From Oculina patagonica (taxonomy: Eukaryota), in the NCBI RefSeq assembly GCF_052425735.1, contig NC_135760.1:8246001-8310000 (forward strand): a DNA stretch of 64,000 nt. Reading direction: 5' to 3'. Both the position numbers and the translations under genes were made by a program. A model generated the notes under the pieces. It was not told the origin of the DNA. It did no database searches and saw only the letters and a list, made by a program, of their open reading frames with translations. This document shows positions 29,769-41,700 of the stretch, piece by piece (within the stretch, counting starts at the first letter, position 1; the number at the start of each line of letters is the position of its first letter).

Positions 29769-32700
29769 ATGAAGAAAGAACTTGGTCACAACGTTTCTCG
29801 GACAATCACTGTCCACCACTTCTTCACGATTCTCAATTTTGTTATTCTGTTTATCTCGGTTGCTTGTCTGTCCGTCAATGTGTACATTCTACGCAGGGAA
29901 ATTGAGAGCGTGAAGGCCGACATTCGTCCCTTGGTGGTGAAGGAGAATGCGAAAAGTACTTCACAGTTGTATGACGATTATTTTGTCAAATCTCGGAAAG
30001 TTCGACAGATCGAACCAGGATCACACGAGATGGGGCCAGGACCGCATGAAATGCAGCCAGGAGCTGGCGGAGACAATGCCACTGAGTCTGCCGAGCCGAC
30101 TGAAGGCGAAATGACACCACATGAAGTTGATCCAGGGGCTGGCAGAGAAAATGCCACTGATTCTATTGAGCCGACGGAAGGCGAAATAACACCACATGGA
30201 GTTGATCCAGGGCATGGAGGAGAAAATGCCACTGAGTCTGCTGGGCCGACTGAAGGCGAAATGACACCGCATGGAGTTGATCCAGGGCATGAAGGAGGCG
30301 AAACAACAACTGAAGCTCCCCCGGAAGGGCATGGTGCGACAGCCGGTGCAACTAAGCTCAACTGCAGCAAGGTACACATATCCATTCACCCTGATATCGA
30401 CTTGAAACTGTTTTAAATAGCCTTTTCTTAAATTAAAATGCATCTTCGAAAGGTTTATTAATTTGAGAAATAGAATACTTTGTCAAAGTTTCTTTCAGTC
30501 CTAGTTTAAAACATTTATTCGAGAAGTCACTTTTCGGTTACAGATCCGTCTTGTAATGCAGATGTTTGTGTCGCAGATTAATGTTTGTGGAAAAGCTTTG
30601 CGATAAACCCGGGATGAACCAACTCAAAGTGCCTCTCAGCTGCGTCAGTCAGTCCCCTTTCCTTACCCCCTCGGCCCTTACAAAGGAGGGAGAGGATCAG
30701 TGACATGCTGAATGGTAGTTCATTGAAGTATCACGCTGGAGGAATAATAACCTCTTACGTACACAGAAGTTTTTTTTTTTGTTTTTGTTTTTTTTTTTTC
30801 ACGTCACGCAATCTTCTCTCCCCAACGCGTGGAGGAAAGATAGCGTGACAAGCCAAAGCTTAAAAGCTACGCTGGAGACTTAACAGTTGTTAAATTCTAC
30901 TCTTGATTCTCAAGTTCAACTGAATTATTTCTGTGAATGTTATCTTTTTTAGGATGCCCATGGTAACAATATTTGCACCGTAGGTAAGTAAACAGTCACT
31001 GGACGCGAATGTGGCTACTGGGCTGCAATATTTTACTTTTTAGTTTTAAAGGAGCTACGTCACGGGGATTTCGCAGATTTTTGGTCTTAGCTGCTCTGAA
31101 ATTAGTAGTAGGCAACTTCACGCATGAAAAACATTATCTTTGAACATCTAAAGGAAAATATAACCTCAGTTAATTTGCGGATATAAATCATGCTACGGCT
31201 ATAAATATCGAATTTTTTTTTAAGACGCGCGGAAACAACTTGAAAAGATCCGCTGCCAAAGAGGCTTGTTAACAGTTTCAGTGCTCTAAAATAGCAACTG
31301 TTAACAAGAATGCACCATTATTTTTAGGTTTTCTACGACACAAATATATGTTTTGGCTGTTCAAAAACTTGAAATCCTTGATAAAGCGCTGTTGATTATG
31401 CGTTATCATCATCAGCAGCTGCAGCTGCAGCAGCAGCTACATCGTCAGCTATTACATCACACGGCATAAAAATATCCAAAAAATAGGCCATTTCCGATAC
31501 CATTTGCCTCCATTTCAAAACGAGTCTACGTGCGAAACCATTCATATGAAAATGAGTTTGACCTTCAGCCCCATTTTCATGCAAATCAAACTCATTTTTG
31601 AATGGTTTCGCACGTAGACTCGTCTTGAAACAGGGGCAAAGGGTAACTCGGAAATGGCCTATTGTCGTTTAGTAATTATTATTTTTACTGTGTAGTTGGT
31701 GGAAGTCTTCTGGGAACTCCGGAAGCTCGTCAGGAGATAGAAGAAATGATTGAGTCTTACCTGGACAAAAAAGTTGGTGAGTGAGCTGTCATGTTGGTGA
31801 AGTACGTACTGGTTTAAAATGTTCAAAAACTGACTCTGCGTGCGAATACCTTTTCACATCATCATTGTATATTTTTACTTTTTATTCGTGTCTCTTAGGA
31901 ATTCTTTTTACATATATAGTCGTACCTAATTCATTCATTTTTGACTTGATAATGACATTTAAGCCTGGTTCTCATATTATCGTCCCGGTCGTCTCTGTCG
32001 CTTCAAAAAGTTTGCTTGCTCCAATCACCTCAGACTTTGCAAACGACAGAAGCGACAGAGACGATCGGGGCGATCATATGAGAACCAGCCTTAAGCGAAG
32101 GTCGAAACGTCGTTGCATTTAAAACTTTTAAATCAAGATGGTTTTAATCTTTTCGATTTTATCGCAATGTTTTTTCATTTAAAATCTATTTAGCTCAACT
32201 TTTCAATTGATGCTGTTTTATCCAAGCCATATAATGATTACCTCGACAGAACTCAAGTGGAAAACATTTCAGTCGCTTTGCTTTCCACCCTTGTTTGTGC
32301 AAGAGCTAAATTAAAATAACCATCATACGTCGCACAATCCAATTATTTCTCGTGCAATTATTACCATTGAATGCCTTATTTTTGTTTCCAGACCCTCCGG
32401 ATGGTGGGGTACCGAGCGGGGAAATGAATCAGACTATTCAGCAGTACCTGAAATCATTCGCGCAGGAATCTCTCGGTAAGCCATACAGTGCTGAAAATGT
32501 TCGTTGGTTTCTGTTTCATGCATGTGTCTTTAAGTGTTTGTTCATGGTTTTAGCGTGGAAGCCAACGAAATGGTCAAAGAAACAAAAAGTTAGAGCTCAA
32601 CAGAAGGACTTCGTTTCCACGACCCTCTGTATATTGAGGCAGTAAAGTAAATTTATTTAAGTAGATTTACAAGTGGGTTTTTTCTGTAACGTTCCAATTT

Positions 32701-35700
32701 CCACCAAGAATTGAGTCGTTCTACAGAGGCTCTTTTTTCATAATATTTAGGTTCCGACTTGCAGTGCCTACGCATGAGACGCGCATTTATTGTTTAACTT
32801 GTTTCAATTTGACACAACTGGAGCAAAAAAAATGCGACACATGACGACTTCTTTGTACGTGTGAAAGCAACCATTCGTGTAACTTGAGTCGCAGCAAAAA
32901 CGCGCGTCAAGTTCTACAGACAACTGCCAGGTGTAGCAGCGCTCTTACTCCTTGAAAAATAACTGTTATAACAGTTAAGCCGGCAGTAAAATATTATTGT
33001 CAGAATTAAAAAAAACGCATGCTAACAAGCTCCTTTCGAACATTTTATCAAATGCTTACATGTCAAACCGTGGACAGTTATAATTTTAAGAATAAGTAAA
33101 TATATTCTTGTTTTCAGGTCCCACTTTTGTACCCGGCGCCTCAGCCCCAGGAGAAAAGACACCTCTGGACACGTACGTGGATGATTCTGTTTCGCGTGCT
33201 TTAATAAAGTACTTTGAAGACAAAGGAGACCCCGGTAAGCCGAGAGCAACATTTTGTAGAACTTGTAGCCTATTCACTGGTATCAAATTGTCAACTTTGT
33301 TTTTTCGTTTTGATTGAAATGAATTAGGAAACGAGCTACCGCATAAGGTGAGTAAAGGTCCATCAATCCTGGGAAAGATCCCTGCTTTTCGTATATCTGT
33401 CTCTTTAACATGAGCGCGCGCTTCCTTTTCTTGTCTTTTCTTTTCTTCCTTTTAGTACAACTGCGAGCCAAATGGTTTTTCAGCAACGCAAAAACAAAAA
33501 AACATTTGCAAAAAAAGTGAAAGTTGACGCACATATTGTCATTTTCCTTCTGCATGTTGTCCTACTTTTAAAGGTTTTGCAGCACTATTACCGACGCGCA
33601 ATTTACTGCCGGAAATAAAATAAAAAAAGAAACTGATTTCAGTTATCCCTCTGACGTCCCACATGCCCTACCTGCGGTTGGAGTTTCATTGAAGCACGTG
33701 AATGCACATGAATAAAATGAGTGTTAGAAAGGTGAAAAAAAAACCGAACACATCATGAAAGAAAAATGACTGCATTCATTAATTTAATACATGGATAATA
33801 CATGGATTGCATGGAAAGCATCAATGTTGCTTGGATGGCATATGATTGCTTAGTTGCAAGAATTGCACCAATTACATGGTTTGCATGAAACGACACATGG
33901 TTAAATACACTGCATGATTTAGTTTTAGTTTAGGTATGCCAATGCATGAATAAAGGGCCATAAATTGCATGACTGCATGAGTTACTTGCATGATTTGCAT
34001 GAACAGCATGTGCATGAATTGCTTAGAAGGCATGCAATGCACGAATGATTAGTTGCACCGATGGAAGAGTTACATAAATTGCATGAATGCATGACTTGCA
34101 TAAATTGCAAGGTTTACATGAATATCGATGCATAGTTACATAAATTGCATGAATGCATGACTTGCATAAATTGCATGGTTTGTTTGAATATCGATGCATA
34201 GTTACATAAATTGCATGAATATATGACTTGCATAAACTGCATGGTTTGCATGAATATCGATGCATAGTTACATAAATTGCATGAATGCATGACTATCGTA
34301 AATCCCATGGTTTGCATGAATATCGTTGCATGGTAAATACATTGCCTGATGTACATATATAACGCAAAGTTACGTAAACTTGGCTTAGTCCTCAACGCTC
34401 GGCGGGCGCCAAAACTTGTGACTAGCTTATCCCTTGAACAACAGATCCTACAATCTTCGGTAAGTAGAATGGTACGACTTCAGTTTGTGATTATTTTTAA
34501 AGGAATTTTCGATATCCTACGCGGTACGACATCCTTTCACGTTTCAGTTATTTTTTTCATTTAAGGTGGACTCAATTTTTCCTCATCAAAACTGCCAGAT
34601 AATCACACTATCCAGAGTCTTGTAGAGGCTTATGTCGAGAACTATATCGGTGGGTATCCTACGGCATGCCACAGGACCAGACTCGTACCTAGTCGCTTCT
34701 CTTGCCTTTTGAGCGGCGCGCAAGGCATCAAGGGAAGGACGAACTTATTTACTTTTTCTATGTCCTTCCCATCAACCTCTTCGAACGTAGCGAAAACGAA
34801 AAAATGAGTAACGTCTGGGCACGAGTCTGCCACAGGACTGTGTTTCATGTTAACATTTGAACAGTACACAGTTTCGAAGATTTTGACATCCCTACGCCCG
34901 AATATCGTTTTTCTTTAGTTTTTTCCTTTCTTTATTTTAAGATGGACTCAACCTTTCCTCGTCACAGACGCAACAACAGCCGCCTGATAACCGCACCATC
35001 CAAAACTTTGTTCAGGCATATGTAGATAAGTATGTAGGTTGGTATACTGTGCATCCCACATTGTGTCCCTTTTTGTTATTGTTTGATCCAATTTATATCT
35101 TGTAGCATTTGACATTGTTTTACTTCACTAAATCCGTGTTCTTTTGTCATTCGAGATGAACGCAATTTTTCCTGGCCACAACTACCTGATAATGGGACTA
35201 TTGCGAGCTTTGTAAAGGATTACGTGGATACTTACGTGGGTGGGTGAGCTGTGGCATGACTCTGTTGTTTGTGTTAGTCTTTGAACAGGTTCATGTTCTT
35301 TCATATTTTAATATATATATTAAGAATTATTATTGAGAATACAGTTCTTTTACGTTGATGTCACGTCCGTTTTTTTTCATTCAAGGTGGACTCAATCTTT
35401 CCTCGTCACAACCGCTGTCACAGCTACCTTATAACAGCACTATCAGGAACTTTCTAAAGACATACGTTGATAACTTTATGGGTGGGTATACTATAGATAT
35501 CACACACGACTGTATTGTTTGCGTTTTTCTTCAAAATATTTCAATGTTTCTTTTGCTGGACTTCTAGCTGGACTCAATTTATCCTCGTCACAACCACACC
35601 CCTTTGATAACCGCACTATCCAAAACTTTATAAAGGATCATGTACATGATTACGTTGGTTAGTATACTGGAAAACGTCATTTCAATGTCTCGTTTGTGGC

Positions 35701-38700
35701 AATCATTGTGAAAGTTATTTTGTAAAAAGATTATGACATTGTTTTAAGAGAATTCTATTCATCTTTTATTTGCCCTTTAGGTGGACTTAATATTTCCTCA
35801 TCACAAACGCAGTCAAGACCACCCAATAACCGTACTATTCAGAACATTATAAAGGATTATGTGGACGAGTATGTAGGTGGGTATACTATGTCAGACCACA
35901 TAACTATGTCTTTTGTATTAATCACTGAAGTTTATAACATCCGTTTACATTGATACCACTCCTTTTTCATTCAAGATGGACTTAATCTTTCCTCATCACA
36001 ACCGCAATCACTGCCGCCAGGGAACCAAACTATCCAGAGCTTTCTGGAAGCGTACGTTGATAACTATATGGGTGGGTATACTGTGCGATACCAGACGACT
36101 GTGCCCCTTCTTTTAATCTTTAACAAGTGTTATAATTTCCAAGACTTCTTATGTCTTATTTCTTCTTTTCTTTTAGCTGGACGCAATTTGTCCTCATCAC
36201 AACAGACGCGTGAAAACCAGAGCATCCAAAAGTTTGTAAAGGATTATGTTGACGACTATGTTGGTGGGTAAAATGTGGCATTCCATATGTTCAATGTTCA
36301 AAGATCATTCATCTTAATTTTACGTTGATGTCAATCGCTATTTTTATTTAAGGTGGACTCAATCTTTCCTCGACACAAACGCAGCCACAACCGCCTGATA
36401 ACCGCACTATCCAGAACTTTGTAAAGGATTATGTGGAACAGTATGTTGGTGGGTGTACTGTGGCATGCCACCAAATGAATTGTCAGTGTTAATTCAAATA
36501 CGTTTATAATTTCAAAGATTACATATCTTTTCGGGTTGATGTCACTCCCTATATTTATTCAAGGTGGACTTAATCTTTCTTCGACACAGCCGCAACCACA
36601 GCCAACTGATAACCACACTATCCAAGACTTTGTTAAAGATTATGTTGATGATTATGTTGGTGGGTAAACTGTGGCATGCCATTCACTCTGTTGTTTGTTT
36701 TGATCATTAAATAAGATTATGAGTAACACATTGATGTTACTCACTATTTTTATTCAAGGTGGACTTAATCTTTCCTCGACACAACCTCCTGATAACCGCA
36801 CTATCCAGAACTTTGTGAAGTACTATGTTGACGAGTATGTTGGTGGGTAATTGGTGTAATGCTACCCAGTGAATTGTCTATAATTTTCAAAGATCATACA
36901 TCTTTTCACGTTGTTTTTTTAATATATTCAAGGTGGACTAAATCTTTCCTCGACACAGCCGCAACCACAGCTTTCAGACAACCGCACTATCCAAAGGTTT
37001 CTTGAAGCATACGTTGATAACTATATGGGTGGGTTTACTAACGACTTTATGTGTTGTTCATGATCAATAGGCCATTTCCGAGTCACCCTTTGCCTCTGTT
37101 TCAAAACGAGTCTACGTGCGAAACTATTCAAATGAAAATGAATTTGATTTGCATGAAAATGGACCTGTAGGTGAAACTCATTTTCATTTGAATAGTTTAT
37201 GCACGTAGACTCGTTTTGTGACCGAGGCAAAGGGTAACTCGGAAATGGCCTATTTTATCTTTTCTAAACTTACAACATAAGTCACATGCAAAGCAATTCA
37301 GTTTTGGGCATGCTGTCACTTAGCACGCGCTTTGATGTTTGTGTTATTCTTCAACCAGTTTGTATTGGAATTCTAAGATTTCTAATGCCGTCTCTTTCTT
37401 GTTTTAAGATGGACTCAATGTTTCCTCTTTACGACCTCAACTGCCTGATAACAGTACTGTCCAGAACTTTTTAGAGGCTTATGTCGATAACTATATAGGT
37501 GAGTATACCGTGGACAGCACACGACTGCGCTGTTTATTATTCTTGTGAAAATTATTTTGAGCTCTAAGGCTTCTAACGTCTTATTTTATCTTTTTAGCTG
37601 GACTCAATTTTTCCTCGTCACAATCACTTCCACCAAATAACCGCACTATCCAGAACTTTGTGAAGGATTATGTAGACGAATATGTTGGTTGGTACCCTGT
37701 GACATGACACGTCATTGCATTGTTTGTGTTAATCATAAAACAAGTTGACATTTTGTAAGATAACTTGATGAAATTCCGTTAATACCACAACTATTTGATT
37801 TGCATGGAAGGTGGACTCAATCTGTCCTCGCCGTCACAACCACAACCGTCTGATAACCGAACTATCCAGAACTTTGTAAAGGATTACGTTGACGAATATG
37901 TGGGTGGGTATACTGTGCCATTCCGTATAAAGCTAGGCTAAGCATTTTTGTATAAATCATCAAACAAGTTTATGATCTCTAAGGTTATAAAATCCTATAA
38001 CGTTTATACCACTCTTTTTTGTTCAAGGTGGACTCAACTTTTCCTTGTCACGGCTATCAGATAACCACACCATCGAGAACTTTGTTGAGGCCTACGTAGA
38101 TAAATACTTAGGTGGGTATACTATGGGACGCCACATAGTTTTGTTGTTTACATGTATGGTATTCTTCGAACAGTTATATTATTTCTAAGATTTTAAATCT
38201 CTTTCGCTTTTTAGTTGGACTCAATTTTTCCTCGTCACAAATGCAACAACGACAGCCTGATAACCAGACTATCCTAAACGTTGTAAAGGATTATGTTGAT
38301 GAATATGTCGGTTAGTATATTGCGGAACGCTATTGACTGTTTTGCTGATTATTGAACAAACTTATGACTTTTTTATTTGCATTTAAGGTGGACTTAATCT
38401 TTCTTCATCACAACCATTGCCTCAACCGCCCGATAACCACACCATTCAGAACTTTGTAAAGGATTATTTGGATGAGTATGTAGGTGGGTATACTGCGTCA
38501 CGTCATATGACTTAGCCTGTTCCAGGCTCTCGGTAGTTGAACGGGAGCGTTTTTCGCTCTCCCATGACTACCGAGTGCCTGGAACAGGCGACACATGACT
38601 ATGTTTTTTGAATTAATCATGACCTCATAATATCTTAAATAATAAAGTTCTTTTCACGTTGATACGACTCATATTAGTTTTTTTTTTTAGACGGACTAAA

Positions 38701-41700
38701 TCTTTCCTCGTCACAACCGCAACCACAGCTGCCTGATAACAGCACAGTCCTGAGCTTTCTTCAGGCTTATGTTGATAGCTATATGGGTAGGTATACTGGA
38801 TTTTTTGTGTATTCTTTGAAGAAAATTATAATTGCATGATATATATAATATATCATTTCTTTTCTTTTTTTAGCTGGGCTGAATTTGTCCTTGTTACAAC
38901 TGCAGCCACAACAGTCTGATAACCGCACTATACAGAACTTTGTAAAGGATTCTGTGGACAAATATGTGGGTGGGTATACTGTATCATGCCATACGACTTT
39001 GTGTTTTGTACAAATCATTGAACGAGTTTATTGTTTCTAAGATTATAATATCCATTCCCGTTCATACCATTACTTTTTTTATTTAAGGTGGCCTTAACTT
39101 TACCTCATCACAACCGCAAACAAAGTCGTCAGATAACCGCACTGTCCAGGACTTGGTTGAGGCCTACGTAGATAAATACTTGGGTGGGTATACTGTGGGA
39201 TGCAACATAGTTGTGTTGTATATGCAACTCTGCGAACAGTATTTATTTATTATTTGTTAGATTTTAAATGCCTCTTTCTCTCTTTTAGCTGGACGCAATT
39301 TTTCCCTGTCAAAATCACAGATAAGATCGCCTAATAACCGCACTATCCTGAACTTTGTAAAGGATTATGTTGATAAATATGTCAGTAAGTAAACTATAGA
39401 ACGCCATCTGACTGTATCGGTTTGCTTAAATCCTCGACAAAGTTTACATTTTGTAAGATTATGATATTCTTCTAAGTATATGGCATTTTTTTTTATTTGC
39501 ATAAAAGGTGCACTCATTTTTTCCTTGTCCAAGCTATAACCATAACCAAAACTTTGTAAAGGACTATGTTGATGAATATGTCGGTTAGAATATTGCGTCA
39601 TGCCATAACACAGTGTGTTTGTATTTAATCATTGAAAACATTCATAATTTCTTAGTTAATAACATCCCCTCACTCATATACCACTCCTTTGTTTATTCAA
39701 GGTGGACTCAATCTTTCCAGGCCACAACAACTGCAACCACAGCCGCCTGATAACCACACACTCCAGAGCTTTCTAGTGGCATATGTCGATAACTATATGG
39801 GTCGGTATACTGTATTCTTTGTGTTAATCATTGAATAATTTTATAGTTTCCACGATTTCTTTTGACTCATTTTCTTTCCTTTTTTTAGCTGGTCTCAATC
39901 TGTCCTCGTCACAATCGCAACTTCAACCGTATAATAACCTCACTATCGAGAAATATGTGAAGGCTTACGTTGACGAATATTCCGGTGGGTATACTGTGGT
40001 GTACCGCGTGATTGAGTTGTTAATATTTTAAACAATAGAGAATTCTTTTAAGTGGATGCCATAGTTTGTTTTGCATTGTAGATAGGATCAACATTTCCAC
40101 GTCACAGCCGCAATCACAACCGTCTGATAACCGCACTATCCAGAACTTTGTAAAGGATTATGTGGACGAGTATGTGGGTGGGTATACTGTGGCATTTGAT
40201 ATGGCTGTGCACAAATCATTGAACAAGTTTATAGTAACATATTTTTGAGATTATAAAATTACGTTGACGTTGATACAATTCCTTTTGTATTCAAGGTGGA
40301 CTCAACATTTCCTCGTCACAACCGCCTAATAACCGCACTATTCAGAACTTTGTAAAGGATTATGTTGATGACTATGTCAGTAAGTATATGATAGAACCCC
40401 ATGTGATTGTATTGTTTCTGTTAATCTTTGACTACACAGTTTACATTTTGTAGGATGATGAGATTCTTTTAAAGATATGCCGCTTATCTTTAATTTGCAT
40501 TGAAGGTGGACTCAATCTTTCCTCGACACAACCACAAGTACAACCTTCAGATAATCGCACTATCCAGAACTTTGTAAAGGATTATGTGGAAGAGTATGTA
40601 GGTCGGTATACCACGGATAGCTACGTATAAGTGTGTTTTTTGTGTTTTTACTATCAAAATACGTGAATATGCTAGTGTGTTTCAAGAATAAGGCATCCTT
40701 TAACGTGGATATTTCCGTATATTCCTTATTCAAGGTGAGCTCAATATTACCACGTCACAACCGCAACAACCCCCGCCTGATAACCGCACTATCTTAGATG
40801 TTGTAAAGGAATATATAGACCAGTATTTGGGTGGGTATGCTGTGACCATGTTGTTTGTGCCTCATGACTACGTAAACATTTTCTAGTAAGTTTATAACAT
40901 CTTTCACATAAGTGTCTTTCTCTTTTCTTTCACTTAAGGTGGACTAAATTTGTCCTCGTCACAACCGCTTGATAACCGCACTATCCATAGCATTGTAAAG
41001 GCTTATGTAGATACGTATGCAGGTGGGTAAGCTGTGGTATATTAGTGACTCTCTTGAGCAAGGTTATAGCTTTTAAGACTGTAAATTCATTTTAGTATAC
41101 TATGGCTTGCCAATGGCTGTATTGTTCCCGTTATTTTTGGGCAAGTTTACAGTTGTTTTTTTTTTTAATTTTAAACTCCATTCATATGGATATCCATTTT
41201 TTCTCGTTTACACGGTCTCAATATTTCCTTATCTAAAGGACAACCACTGCCGCCCGATAACCGCACTATCCAGAACTTTGTGAAGGATTATGTGGAAAAG
41301 TATGTAGGTGGGTATGCCATGGCGTGCAACTGGACATTGTTGTAAGTAATCTTTGAAGAGGCTTTCATTTTCTAAGATTATGACATCTTTATCTTGATGT
41401 CTCGATGTCTTGTTATCTTTCTTTTAAGATGGTCTCAATTTTACCTCGGTGCAACTGCAACCACAATCGCCAGCTGATAACCGCACTATCCGGCACTTTG
41501 TTAAGTCTTACGTAGAAGAGTATGTAGGTGGGTATGTTCTGACCTTGCTGTTGGTGTTAATTTGTGATGCAGTTTTTACTTTCACTGATTATTACGTAGT
41601 CTGAAATTCAGCCGTCCTCTCGTCCTCTCGCCCGCGCCCCTCCGTTGGGGGGTTGGGTCGAGAGGACGGCTGAATTTCAGACTAATTATTACGGCGCTTT

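Noticed and set aside
34023-34395. Cys/His/Met-rich repeat ORFs on the minus strand (also 44473-45114)
   Set aside because: They are translations of the TGCATG minisatellites, with no splice or codon support.
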